From contig CAMBZJ010000003.1 in assembly GCA_945872365.1 (NCBI GenBank), forward strand, positions 7,301 through 71,300: a stretch of DNA of 64,000 bases. Reading direction: 5' to 3'. The position numbers and the translations under genes are program-made. How positions within the stretch are numbered: the stretch's first letter is position 1; every line of letters starts with the position of its first letter. The notes below the pieces were generated by a model. It had not been told where the DNA came from and ran no database searches. It saw only the letters and a list, made by a program, of their open reading frames with translations. This DNA comes from Klebsiella pneumoniae. GTDB taxonomy: Bacteria; Desulfobacterota; Binatia; UBA12015. Positions 54,292 through 63,988 of this stretch are shown one piece after another.

Positions 54292-55432
54292 CCCGCGAGA
54301 GACCGAGCAGCAGCCCGACCGTGATCGTCGAAGCGATCAGCGAACTGCCGCCGTAGCTCACCAGCGGCAACGGCAGGCCCTTGGTCGGCAGCAGGCCGAC
54401 GACGACCGCGATGTTCATCGCCGCCTCGACGACGAGGAGGAAGGTGAGGCCGAAGGCGACAAGTCGTGCGAAACCGTCGCTCGAGCGGGTGGCCACCCGG
54501 AAACCGCGCAGGGCGATCATCGCGAAGCAGCCGAGCACGACCAGGCCGCCGAGGAGTCCGAGTTCCTCGCCGATCAGGGCGAAGATGAAGTCGGTGTGCC
54601 CCTCGGGCAGGTAGAACATCTTCTGCTTGCCGTTGCCGAGGCCGGTGCCGCCGACGCCGCCACTGCCGAAGGCGAGTAGCGACTGAACGAGCTGGAACCC
54701 GCCGTTCTGCGGATCGCCCCACGGGTCGAGGAACGCGACCAGGCGCGCCCAGCGGTAGGGCTTGGTCCAGATGAGCGCCACCACGCCCGGCAGGGTCGCA
54801 AGACAGAGCGCGCCGAGGTGGATCGGTCGGGCTCCGGCCGCGAACATCATCGCGAAGGTGAGCGCGACCAGAACCATCGCCGCGCCGAAGTCGGGCTGCA
54901 GGAGTAGCAGCACCGCTGCGACGCCGAGTACCATCAGGTGAGGCAGCACGCCGAAGAGGAAGCTGTCCGTCTTGCCCTGCTTTTTTTGAAGGGAGCGCGC
55001 GAGGTACAGGGCAAACGCCGGCTTGAGCATCTCCGAGGGTTCGAAGGAAAGCACGACCAACGGGAGCCAGCGACGTGCGCCGTTGCGCACCTGCCCCACG
55101 TGCGGGACGAGCGTGAGCGCGACCAGCAACAGGCTGGCGAACGCGATCGGGTAGGCGACCCGTTCGAGGGTCCGGGTCTCGACCTGCATGACCCGGGAGC
55201 TCACCACGAGTCCGGCGGCGAGGAAGAACAGGTGGCGGCGCACGAGCGCATAGGGATTCCCGTAGCGCTCCTGCCCGATGAAGAAGCTCGCGTCGTAGAC
55301 CATGACGATGCCGATGCCGATCAGGAGCAGCACGGCGCCCAGCATCCAGTGATCGACAGAGCGGTTGCGCAGGACCTTGGGACGCTGCGAGGCAATGGCG
55401 CGCGACGAGACGATCGATGGCGTGGCGATCAT
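54281..55432 (-). CDS. ftsW: SEDS peptidoglycan glycosyltransferase FtsW
   Basis: NGARRW, FEPSE, QPDFG, LPEGHTDFIF and LPLVSYGGSS motifs. Confidence 0.96.
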   Translation of the reverse strand: MIATPSIVSSRAIASQRPKVLRNRSVDHWMLGAVLLLIGIGIVMVYDASFFIGQERYGNPYALVRRHLFFLAAGLVVSSRVMQVETRTLERVAYPIAFASLLLVALTLVPHVGQVRNGARRWLPLVVLSFEPSEMLKPAFALYLARSLQKKQGKTDSFLFGVLPHLMVLGVAAVLLLLQPDFGAAMVLVALTFAMMFAAGARPIHLGALCLATLPGVVALIWTKPYRWARLVAFLDPWGDPQNGGFQLVQSLLAFGSGGVGGTGLGNGKQKMFYLPEGHTDFIFALIGEELGLLGGLVVLGCFAMIALRGFRVATRSSDGFARLVAFGLTFLLVVEAAMNIAVVVGLLPTKGLPLPLVSYGGSSLIASTITVGLLLGLSRDAR

Positions 55433-56796
55433 GGCTTCTGGCCCCTCACCTGGGCGGCGAAGGCATCCCCTCTCGCCGCGTAGTTCTCGAACTGGTCCAT
55501 GCTGGCGCAGGCCGGGGACAGCAGGACGACGTCGCCGCTGCGCGCGGCGCGCGACGCCGCCGTGACCGCATCGGCGAAGCGCTCGAAACTGCTGGTCTCC
55601 GCCACGCCCGCCCAGGCGTCGCCGAGTTCCTCGCGGGCCGCTCCGTAGAGCGAGAGGACTCGAACCTTCCGCGCGAGAAGGTGGCGCGCCACCCCGTAGT
55701 CGCCGCCCTTCGACAGTCCGCCCGCGACGAGCACCACCGAGCCGTCGGCGTAGCCCTCGAGCGACTTGAGCAGCGCACCGACGTTGGTGCCCTTCGAGTC
55801 GTCGACGTAGGCGATCCCGTCGATCTCGGCCACCGCCTCGAGACGGTGGCGAAGGCCGGAGAAGTCCTCGATGGCCTCCTGCAGCACCGCGGCCGGAACG
55901 TCGAGCGCGCGCGCCGCGAGAAGCGCCGCCATCAGGTTCTCCCGGTTGTGCTGCCCGGCGAGTTTCACGCGCGCGAGCGGGAAGACGAGTCGTCCGCCGG
56001 TCTCCTCGAGGACGACGGCGTCGCCGTCGATCGTCGCGTGGATCCCCGCCGACGTCGCCGGGGGAACCGACCCGAACGTACGGACCTCGGACGCGATCCC
56101 CGGAGCGAAGCGTGCGACCCTCGGATCCTCGCGGTTCAGGATCGCGAAGTCGCCCGCGCCCTGCCGGGCGAAGATCCTCGCCTTGGTTTCCGCGTAGTGG
56201 TCGACGTCGCGGTAACGGTCGAGATGATCGTCGGTCACGTTGAGCAGGAGCGCCACGCGCGGGTGGAACTCGTCGACCCACTCGAGCTGGAAGCTCGAGA
56301 CCTCGGCCACGACGACGTCGAAGCCGCCATCGACCGCATCGACGAGGGGCGTTCCGAGGTTGCCGCCGGTGAAGGTCCGTCGGCCGGCCCGCTCGAGCAT
56401 CGCACCGATGAGTGACGTCGTCGTGCTCTTTCCGTTGGTGCCGGTGACGGCGACGATCGGGGCCTCGATCACGCGGGCGGCGACCTCGATCTCGCTCAGC
56501 ACTGCGATCCCGCGGGCGACCGCCCCGGCGAGCACCGGGGAGTCGGCCGGAACCCCCGGACTCGGCACGACCACGTCCACGCCTTCGAGCAGCGCCGGGC
56601 CGTCCTCGCCCGCGATCCACTCGACCGACGCCAGGTCGGCCGGGCACTCGAGGCCGTCGCGCCGGTCGCAGGCGCGTACCGATGCGCCCCGGCGCATCGC
56701 CCAGCGCGCCATCGCTACCCCGGTTCGGCCGAGGCCGACGACGAGAACCCTCCGGCCCCCGAGCGGAAGCGGTGCATGCCGGATCGGGTCGCCCAT
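55429..56796 (-). CDS. murD: UDP-MurNAc-L-Ala--D-glutamate ligase
   Basis: TGTNGKSTT, GNLG, EVSSFQLE, DHLDRY, DDSKGTN and SPACAS motifs. Confidence 0.96.
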   Translation of the reverse strand: MGDPIRHAPLPLGGRRVLVVGLGRTGVAMARWAMRRGASVRACDRRDGLECPADLASVEWIAGEDGPALLEGVDVVVPSPGVPADSPVLAGAVARGIAVLSEIEVAARVIEAPIVAVTGTNGKSTTTSLIGAMLERAGRRTFTGGNLGTPLVDAVDGGFDVVVAEVSSFQLEWVDEFHPRVALLLNVTDDHLDRYRDVDHYAETKARIFARQGAGDFAILNREDPRVARFAPGIASEVRTFGSVPPATSAGIHATIDGDAVVLEETGGRLVFPLARVKLAGQHNRENLMAALLAARALDVPAAVLQEAIEDFSGLRHRLEAVAEIDGIAYVDDSKGTNVGALLKSLEGYADGSVVLVAGGLSKGGDYGVARHLLARKVRVLSLYGAAREELGDAWAGVAETSSFERFADAVTAASRAARSGDVVLLSPACASMDQFENYAARGDAFAAQVRGQKP

Positions 56797-56801
56797 TGCC
56801 C

Positions 56802-57878
56802 TCACCGCAGCTTGAGCGTCGAGAGGGAGAGCAGCGCGCAGATCACCGCGATGATCCAGAAGCGCACGATGATGAGCGGCTCCGGCCAGCCCAGGAGCTC
56901 GAAGTGATGGTGCACCGGCGCCATGCGGAAGATGCGCTTGCGGCGCAGCTTGAACGAGCCGACCTGGAAGATGACCGAGAACATCTCGGCGAAGAAGACG
57001 CCGCCGAGCAGCGGTAGGAGCAGGGCCTGCTTGCTCACCAGCATCATGACGGCGATCGCGGCACCGAGCGGGAGCGAGCCGACGTCGCCCATGAACACCT
57101 TCGCCGGGTACGCGTTGAACCAGAGAAAACCGAGCCCCGCGGCGACCAGCGCGCCGCCGAAGACGGCGAGTTCGCCGGCCCCGGGGACGTGGTCGATCTG
57201 CAGGTAGCGGGCGATCTCGGCGTGACCTGCGACGTAGGCGAAGACGGTGCAGGTGCCGGCGGCGATCGCGACCGGGACGATCGCGAGGCCGTCGAGACCG
57301 TCGGTCAGGTTCACGGCGTTGGAAGTGCCGACGATCAGCAGCGCGGCAAAGGGCACGTACCACCACCCGAGCGCCGGGTGGAGGTCCTTGAACACCGGGA
57401 ACACGACCTCCGTACCGATCTCCGGCTGGAGGGCGAGAAACAGGGCTGCGGGAACCGCGATCGCGAACTGCAGCAACAGCTTGCCGCGCGCCGAGAGTCC
57501 GGCGGAACTGCGACCGCGCAGCTTGCGGTAGTCGTCGACGAAACCGATCGCGCCGAAGCCGAGCAGCACGAACAGGGTGAGCCAGACGTAGGGGTTGCCG
57601 AGATCGGCAAGGAGCAGTGTTGCGAGCGTGCTCGAGAAGAGGATGAGCGTGCCGCCCATCGTCGGCGTGCCGGCCTTGGCCTTGTGGCGCTCCGGACCGT
57701 CGTCGCGGATGTGCTGCCCTACGCGCAACTCAGAGAGCTTGCGGATGAGCGGCTTGCCGAGCCAGAGCGAGATCACGAGCGCCGTCAGGCTGGCGACCAG
57801 CGTGCGGAAGGAGATGTAGCGAAAGACGTTGAGCGCCGAGTAGGTCCGGTGCAGAGGATAGAGTAACTGGTAGAGCAT
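56802..57878 (-). CDS. mraY: Phospho-N-acetylmuramoyl-pentapeptide transferase
   Basis: [29 protein letters not shown] and MAPVHHHFE motifs. Confidence 0.97.
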   Translation of the reverse strand: MLYQLLYPLHRTYSALNVFRYISFRTLVASLTALVISLWLGKPLIRKLSELRVGQHIRDDGPERHKAKAGTPTMGGTLILFSSTLATLLLADLGNPYVWLTLFVLLGFGAIGFVDDYRKLRGRSSAGLSARGKLLLQFAIAVPAALFLALQPEIGTEVVFPVFKDLHPALGWWYVPFAALLIVGTSNAVNLTDGLDGLAIVPVAIAAGTCTVFAYVAGHAEIARYLQIDHVPGAGELAVFGGALVAAGLGFLWFNAYPAKVFMGDVGSLPLGAAIAVMMLVSKQALLLPLLGGVFFAEMFSVIFQVGSFKLRRKRIFRMAPVHHHFELLGWPEPLIIVRFWIIAVICALLSLSTLKLR

Positions 57879-57914
57879 CGCCCGCCTTCGAGTTCGCTTC
57901 GGTCCACTATGCCC

Positions 57915-57982
57915 GGTGGTCGGGCCAGGTCCGATTCGCGCGCCCGCTCGGACACGGCGACCCGGACCTGACCCCTACCACC
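57915..57982 (-). other. Long rod-like hairpin in the murE-mraY spacer
   Basis: About 28 bp of pairing (6+12+4+6) with 3 G.U pairs on the transcribed (-) strand, ending 36 nt before the mraY ATG. Confidence 0.5.
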
Positions 57983-58194
57983 ATTCCGGACGCTTCCTCC
58001 GCAACCTCACCACCACCGACCTGCGCCCGGAGGCCTGTCCGCCACCCGCCTTCGTGCAGTGCATGCCGGAGTGACGAGACCACTCCCGCACCGCCCGCGA
58101 AGACGGCGGCCGCCGGATCTCCCGGCGGCCTCCTCCACCTGCCCACTTCCTCCACCACTCCCCCTTCGACGGGGGCGGACGAGTCCCGATCGGC

Positions 58195-59823
58195 TCAACC
58201 GTCGCGAGCCGCAACCTCCTCTTTTTTCCATCCCCGCGCCGCCAGCGCAGCGCGAGCCTCCTCGCGATCGTCGAGATGAAACTTCGTCGTCCCAACCACC
58301 TGGTAGTCCTCGTGACCCTTTCCGGCGACGAGGACCAGGTCGCCGTCGCGCGCGATCTCGATCGCGCGCCGAATCGCCGTGCGGCGCTCGGGCACCACCA
58401 CAACTGCCTCCACCACACCTTGCCCGAGCACCGCCTCAGCAACGGGCGTGCGGCCTTCGCTGCGCACGCCCTCCTCGATGGCGGCAAGGATCGCCATCGG
58501 ATTCTCCGTCCTCGGATTGTCCGAGGTCAGTATGACAACGTCGGAAAGCCGCGCGGCGATCGCTCCCATGAGCGGGCGCTTGCCCGCATCGCGATCGCCG
58601 CCGCAGCCGAAAACCGTGATGAGCCGGCCCGCACACAGGCTGCGCAGGCTGACCAGGACCCGTTCAAGCGCATCGGGCTTGTGAGCGTAATCGACCACGA
58701 CCCGGAAGGGCTGGCCGGCCCGCACCGATTCCAGGCGCCCGGGCACCGCCGGCAGCGCCGCGATGCCGCGTACGATCGCCTCCGGGGGGACACCGAGGCG
58801 CCAGGCGGTCGCGGCCGCGGCCTCGATATTGGCGGCGTGCGGCGCACCCACGAGGCGGGTCGCGAAGGGAAACCGCACCCCGCCGAGATCGAGTTCGCCG
58901 CGGGTCCCGTCGAGGTCGGCGACCAGATCGGTGCAGTGCACGTCCCCGCCCGGCCCGAAGCCGACGCAGGGCACCGCCGAGCGTGCCGCGACCTTCTGCA
59001 CCTCCGGATCGGAGGCGTTCATGACCGCGAAACTCGGCTTGCCTGAGGCGGGCAGCAATTCGAGGAAAAGGCGCGCCTTCGCCTCCCGGTAGTCGTCCAT
59101 GTCCAGGTGGAAGTCGAGATGGTCGCGCGAGAGGTTCGTAAACACCGCGGCGTCGAAGGAAGTCGCCCGGAGGCGGTCGAGTGCGAGAGCGTGCGAGGAC
59201 GCCTCGAGCGCCACATGGGTGACCCCGTCGCGGCGCATTCGCGCGAGCAGTCCCTGGAGCTCGACCGCGTCGGGCGTGGTGAGCGAAGCCGCCTTCTGCG
59301 AGCCGCCCCAGCGGTACTCGATCGTCCCGATGACGCCCGTCGCGTGCCCGGCGGCGACGAATATCGCCTCGAGGAGCCAGGTGGTCGTCGTCTTGCCGCT
59401 GGTCCCCGTCACCGCGACGACGGTCATCGCCCGGCTGGGGTGCCCGGCCATGGCGGCGGCTGCCTCGGCCACGAAGGCGCGCGGCGCCCTGCAGGCGACG
59501 AGCGCGCGATCCGACGGCGCCTCGACCGAGTCCGCGCGATCGTCCGCGAGCGCGACCGCCGCCGCCCCCCGCGCGAACGCTTCGCCCGCGTAACTCGCTC
59601 CATCGGCCTTCTCGCCGGGCAGGCCGACGAAGAGGTCGCCCGCGACGATGTCGCGCGAGTCGAGGACCACGCGCGCGATCCGCGTGCCCGGTTCGCCGGC
59701 GACCAGGCGCGCACCCGAGGGACAGTCCACGAGCAGGCGCGCGAGTTCCATGCCCCGGATTTCGGGCGCGCCGGCCGGCGACGGCGCGGCACCGCCGATG
59801 GCGGCTTCCGATGGCGCGTTCAC
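58195..59823 (-). CDS. murE: UDP-MurNAc-tripeptide synthetase (meso-DAP ligase)
   Basis: TGTSGKTT, LTTPD, EASSH, DHLDFH, DYAHKPD, GCGGDRD, DNPR (meso-DAP specificity) and AGKGHE motifs. Confidence 0.96.
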   Translation of the reverse strand: MNAPSEAAIGGAAPSPAGAPEIRGMELARLLVDCPSGARLVAGEPGTRIARVVLDSRDIVAGDLFVGLPGEKADGASYAGEAFARGAAAVALADDRADSVEAPSDRALVACRAPRAFVAEAAAAMAGHPSRAMTVVAVTGTSGKTTTTWLLEAIFVAAGHATGVIGTIEYRWGGSQKAASLTTPDAVELQGLLARMRRDGVTHVALEASSHALALDRLRATSFDAAVFTNLSRDHLDFHLDMDDYREAKARLFLELLPASGKPSFAVMNASDPEVQKVAARSAVPCVGFGPGGDVHCTDLVADLDGTRGELDLGGVRFPFATRLVGAPHAANIEAAAATAWRLGVPPEAIVRGIAALPAVPGRLESVRAGQPFRVVVDYAHKPDALERVLVSLRSLCAGRLITVFGCGGDRDAGKRPLMGAIAARLSDVVILTSDNPRTENPMAILAAIEEGVRSEGRTPVAEAVLGQGVVEAVVVVPERRTAIRRAIEIARDGDLVLVAGKGHEDYQVVGTTKFHLDDREEARAALAARGWKKEEVAARDG

Positions 59824-61916
59824 AGGCTCGGCTCCAGCAGGAGGACGACGCTGTCCCCTGCGTAACGCGGCGTCCCCGCCGGCGGGTCCTGCGCCTTCAC
59901 GAAGCCGCTGCCGCGCGCCTCCTCGATCGAGAGGCCGTCGGCGGCCGCGGTCTCGAGCGCCCGGCGGAGACTCATCCCGAGGAAGGCCGGAACGGTGCCA
60001 CGCGGGTCGCCGTCGATGCCGGTCCACCCGGCCATCGAGGCTTGCTGCAGGGCGAGCCCGGGCTCGGGTCCGTCGCCGGGCCGGGGGCGAAGTCCCTTCG
60101 GGACGCGGCGCGTCGGCGTCGGCGCCTTCGCCGTCCTGGCCGCATGGGCTCCCTTGGCCGACTTCGGGTCGGCGGCGATGGCGGGGCGCTCGCCGAGCCG
60201 GTCGAGGGCACGCGACATGATCTCCCGGAACACGGGGGCCGCAACCAACCCTCCGTAGGTCTGCGTGCGCGGCGTGTCGATCATGACGAGCAGCACGTAG
60301 GCCGGGTCGTCGGCCGGCGCGAAGCCGACGAACGAGGCGAGTCGGTCGCGCGAGTAGCGACCGGTGTGCGGATCGACCTTCTGCGCGGTGCCGGTCTTGC
60401 CGGCGACCCGGACGCCTTCCATGCGAGCCTTGCCGCCCGTGCCGCCCTCGAACTCGACGACCCGCTCGAGCATCGAGGTCACGGCACGCGCGGTCTCCGG
60501 GGAGATCACCTGGCGCGTCGCCGTCTCCGCCTCCGCGTCCTCGCGGTCGAGCAACACCCGGCCACTGCGGTCGACGGCACGTCGCAACAGGTGCGGCTGG
60601 TGCAGTACGCCACCGTTGGCGAGCGCACCGTAGGCCGCCGCGAGCTGGATCGGCGTGACGGAGAGCCCCTGGCCGAAGCTGCCGGTCGCCAGGTCGATCG
60701 GCGCCCACGTCGAGAACGGGCGCACGATGCCGCCGATCTCGCCGGGCAGGTCGATCGACGTGCGGTGGCCGAAGCCGAAGCGCTCAAGGTAACGCCCGTA
60801 GCGCTCGCGTCCGAGGCCCGCCGCGATCTTGCTCACCCCGATGTTGCTCGAAAACTGGATCACCTCGGGCATCGTCAGGAGCCCGTAGGGATGGTGATCG
60901 TGGATGGTCCACTTGCCGATCCGGTACTGGCCGCGCTCGCAGAAGACCGAGTCGGTCGGTTTCATGGTGCGCTCCTCGAGCGCCGTCGCCATGAGGATGG
61001 CCTTGAGCGTCGAGCCCGGCTCGAAGGCGTCGGTCACGGCGCGGTTGCGCCGGGCTCCCATGATCGCGACGCCGGGCTTATTCGGGTCGTAGGTGGGGAC
61101 GTTCGCGAGAGCGAGCACCTCGCCGCTCTTGGGATCGAGCAGCACCGCCGTGCCGGCCTGGGCACGCGCCTCCTCGACGCCGATCGCGAGTTCGCGCTCG
61201 ACGAGCGCCTGCAGACCCGCGTCGATCGTGAGCGTGAGGGATGCTCCGGCCGCGAAGGGCCCCTCCTCGGCGTCACCCGGTTCGACGTCGTCGCCTTCGT
61301 CCTCGGCGATCATCAAGGCACGCCCGAGTCCGTCGCGCTGCATCCGCAGCACCGTCTCCGGGCCGCGCATCCAGCGGTCGTAGCGCAACTCGATTCCCTC
61401 GAGTCCGCGCAGGTCCGAACCCGAGAAGCCCACCACGTGGGCTCCGACGGGGCCCTGCGGATAGACCCGCCGCCCCTCGGTCACCGAGCCGACGCCGAGG
61501 ATGGCGAGTTGCGAGACCGCGCGGGCCTCGTCGTGGGGGACGCGGCGCTTGAGCCAGACGAATCCGCGCGGCGCATCGAGCTTGCGGTCGAGCACCCGCG
61601 GGGAGATGCCGAGCGCCTTCGCCAGCGCGGGGCGCACCTCCGCAGCGACCGGGTATTTGCGCGGGCTCGCGTAGATCGACGAGGTGGCCATCGTCTCCGC
61701 GAAGACCTCGCCGAAGCGGTCGCGGATCGCGCCGCGCATCGCGGTGAGGCGCACTGTCTCGCGGTGCTGTCGACTCGCGCGGCGCGCGAGATCGGCATGG
61801 TCGAGGATCGTCAACTGGGCGACCCGGGCGCCGATGAGCACGAGAATGGCGACCATCGCCCCAGCGACGAGCGGGATCCGATCGCCCCGCGGGCCGGTCG
61901 ACGGCGCGACGCTCAC
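59820..61916 (-). CDS. ftsI: Class B penicillin-binding protein FtsI with C-terminal PASTA domain
   Basis: RGAIRDR, R.YP.G, EPGSTLK (SxxK), SSN and KTGT motifs. Confidence 0.96.
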   Translation of the reverse strand: MSVAPSTGPRGDRIPLVAGAMVAILVLIGARVAQLTILDHADLARRASRQHRETVRLTAMRGAIRDRFGEVFAETMATSSIYASPRKYPVAAEVRPALAKALGISPRVLDRKLDAPRGFVWLKRRVPHDEARAVSQLAILGVGSVTEGRRVYPQGPVGAHVVGFSGSDLRGLEGIELRYDRWMRGPETVLRMQRDGLGRALMIAEDEGDDVEPGDAEEGPFAAGASLTLTIDAGLQALVERELAIGVEEARAQAGTAVLLDPKSGEVLALANVPTYDPNKPGVAIMGARRNRAVTDAFEPGSTLKAILMATALEERTMKPTDSVFCERGQYRIGKWTIHDHHPYGLLTMPEVIQFSSNIGVSKIAAGLGRERYGRYLERFGFGHRTSIDLPGEIGGIVRPFSTWAPIDLATGSFGQGLSVTPIQLAAAYGALANGGVLHQPHLLRRAVDRSGRVLLDREDAEAETATRQVISPETARAVTSMLERVVEFEGGTGGKARMEGVRVAGKTGTAQKVDPHTGRYSRDRLASFVGFAPADDPAYVLLVMIDTPRTQTYGGLVAAPVFREIMSRALDRLGERPAIAADPKSAKGAHAARTAKAPTPTRRVPKGLRPRPGDGPEPGLALQQASMAGWTGIDGDPRGTVPAFLGMSLRRALETAAADGLSIEEARGSGFVKAQDPPAGTPRYAGDSVVLLLEPSL

Positions 61917-62419
61917 GGCACCACCACCTGTCCGGGGGCCGGCGCGTGCAGTCCCAGGCGGACAGCAGCGCGTTCGATGCGGGCCGGGGCCGTCGCGGCC
62001 GCGAGTTCGATCGTCAACTCGTGCACCTGTTGATCGAGTTTCTCCGTGACCTGCTGCGTCGCCCCGAGCGCGTAACCCACGCGGGCGGCCTCGATGCCGG
62101 TCCAGACATGGAAGATTCCGACGGCGAGCAGAAAGAGTCCCGCGACCACGTTGCGGCGCAGCGTGCGGGCGCGCTCGACCATGCCGATCTCGGCTCCGCT
62201 CGTCCGACGGGCAGCCGCAGGCAGCGCCGGAATCGGCACGCGGGGCTGCACGCGAGGGAGGGCGGGGGCACCGACGGCAAACGGAAAGGCCTGTTGCGGC
62301 GGGCGGTCGGCGGCCTTCGCGGGCTCGACGGCACGCCGCGCCCGGCGCGGAGCGCTCGTGCGTGCCGGAGCGATCGAATCGCTCTCCAGCAGCTCGACCG
62401 ACCTCGCCTCAGCGACCAC
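61913..62419 (-). CDS. ftsL: Cell division protein FtsL (long cytoplasmic N-terminus)
   Basis: TM helix plus coiled coil ...LTIELAAATAPARIERAAVRLGL..P; located between rsmH and ftsI; start uncertain. Confidence 0.8.
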   Translation of the reverse strand: MVAEARSVELLESDSIAPARTSAPRRARRAVEPAKAADRPPQQAFPFAVGAPALPRVQPRVPIPALPAAARRTSGAEIGMVERARTLRRNVVAGLFLLAVGIFHVWTGIEAARVGYALGATQQVTEKLDQQVHELTIELAAATAPARIERAAVRLGLHAPAPGQVVVP

Positions 62420-63359
62420 CGATCCACTCCAGTGCACGCAGGCGCGCGCTCCTCGCGCGCGGGTTGCGCGCTACTTCCCCGGGCCCCGACTGCACGGCGC
62501 CGCGGGCGAGCAGACGGGCACGCGCCACGCCCCCGCAGCGGCAGAGGAGCAACGACGGCGGGCAGGTGCAGGCGGCGCTCCACGCCCGGAAGGCGGTCTT
62601 CACGCGGCGATCCTCGAGCGAGTGGTACGAGAGGATCGCGACCCGGCCGCCGGCGGCGAGGCACCCCGGGAGTGCCGCGAGCAGCGCATCGAGTTCCTCG
62701 AGTTCGCGATTCACCGCGATGCGCAGGGCCTGGAAGGTGAGCGTCGCCGGATCCCGGTGGGCCGGACGGTGCCGGACCGCGCCGGCGACGCGTTCGCGCA
62801 GCTCGGTGGTGGTGCGGGGCCTCTCGCCACGGACGATCGCACGGGCGATGCGCCGCGCGTCGCGATCCTCGCCATACTCGTGGATCAGGTCGGCGATCTC
62901 CGATTCGCTGACCGTCGCGAGGATCTCGGCCGCGGTCGCGCCGCTGCCCGTATCCATCCGCATGTCGAGGTCGGCCGTCGCGCGGAATCCGAAACCGCGC
63001 GCCGTGTCGTCGAGTTGCATCGACGACACGCCCAGGTCGGCGACCACGAGGTCGACGCCCTGCCAGCCCGCCTCTGCGACCCGCTCGGCGATCGCGCCGA
63101 AGCGGCCGTGGACGAGGCGCACGCGTTCGCCGAACCGGGCGAGCCTGCGCTCCGCGATCCCGAGCGCCCGGGTGTCGCGATCGACCCCGACGAAGCTCGC
63201 ATCGGCGGGGAGTGCCTCGAGCAGCGCCGTCGCATGTCCACCGAGGCCCACGGTGAGATCGAGAACCCGGAGCCCCGACCGCGGCGCCTCGGGCACCAGC
63301 AGCCGAACCACCTCGGCGCAGAGCACCGGTTCGTGCGCGAACTCCACCGTCTCCGGCAT
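62409..63359 (-). CDS. rsmH: 16S rRNA (cytosine1402-N4)-methyltransferase
   Basis: HEPVL, DLTVGLGGH, DLGVSSMQLD, LDMRMD, FQALRIAVNREL, SYHSLEDR and NPRARSARLR motifs. Confidence 0.97.
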   Translation of the reverse strand: MPETVEFAHEPVLCAEVVRLLVPEAPRSGLRVLDLTVGLGGHATALLEALPADASFVGVDRDTRALGIAERRLARFGERVRLVHGRFGAIAERVAEAGWQGVDLVVADLGVSSMQLDDTARGFGFRATADLDMRMDTGSGATAAEILATVSESEIADLIHEYGEDRDARRIARAIVRGERPRTTTELRERVAGAVRHRPAHRDPATLTFQALRIAVNRELEELDALLAALPGCLAAGGRVAILSYHSLEDRRVKTAFRAWSAACTCPPSLLLCRCGGVARARLLARGAVQSGPGEVARNPRARSARLRALEWIGGR

Positions 63360-63474
63360 GGCCACGGCCCTTCCTCGCGGCCGGGACGCCGCGGCTCCCG
63401 GACGCATGCGAAACCGCACCCGTACCCCGGCCGCACCCGGCAGGACGATCCCGGACGCCCGGGCGGTTCGAGGC

Positions 63475-63930
63475 TCAGACGCCGAGATCACGGAACAGGT
63501 CCGGGTTGTCCCGCAGCATCGAGCGGTAGGCCGCGACCACCTTGTCGTAGCCGGCCGCACCGAAGATGCGGAATTTCCTGCCCACGCCTGCGAAGACGAC
63601 GTCTTGCTCCATCTCCGCGTAGCGCCGCTGGGACTGTGGCAGCACGATGCGCCCCTGCTTGTCCGGCAGACAGGGCTGCGCGCTCCCGATGTAGGCCGAC
63701 TCGAAGAGCAGCCGGTTCTGCGAGAAGGAGCCGATCTTCGACTGCAGTTCGTCGAGGAAGTCCTGCCAGCCCCGAGCCGGATAGGCCTCGAGGCAAGGCA
63801 CCCCGGCGACCTCGAAGATGGTCAGCATGAGCTTGTCGTCCGAAGCCCCCGAGAGGGTCTCCCGGAAGCGGGCCGGAATCGCCACGCGCCCCTTGCCGTC
63901 GAGCGAGTTGGAATAGTTGCCGGAGAACAT
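63475..63930 (-). CDS. mraZ: Division/cell-wall cluster transcriptional repressor MraZ
   Basis: MFSG...LDGKGRVAIPARFR and DKQGRIVLP motifs. Confidence 0.95.
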   Translation of the reverse strand: MFSGNYSNSLDGKGRVAIPARFRETLSGASDDKLMLTIFEVAGVPCLEAYPARGWQDFLDELQSKIGSFSQNRLLFESAYIGSAQPCLPDKQGRIVLPQSQRRYAEMEQDVVFAGVGRKFRIFGAAGYDKVVAAYRSMLRDNPDLFRDLGV

Positions 63931-63964
63931 GGTCGTGGTCCGGGAAAGGACACCATCCAATCAT

Positions 63965-63988
63965 CCACTCAACCCCACCTTTCCCCAC
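63965..63988 (-). promoter_or_regulatory. MraZ-binding repeats (dcw boxes)
   Basis: GTGG three times at exact 10-bp period (GTGGggaaagGTGGggttgaGTGG) upstream of mraZ. Confidence 0.8.

Noticed and set aside
57955..57975. GGTCAGGTCCGG resembling SRP (4.5S) RNA domain IV
   Set aside because: It is not followed by the GNRA loop and GGAAGCAG; the conserved internal loops are absent.
58110..58157. CTCCACCA resembling a tmRNA/tRNA 3' end
   Set aside because: No T-arm (GTTCRA) or matching acceptor stem.
57907..58158. 83-aa ORF in the murF slot as a murF remnant
   Set aside because: No Mur-ligase motifs (GKTT, ND.YNA, KGSR); low-complexity translation of G-rich DNA.
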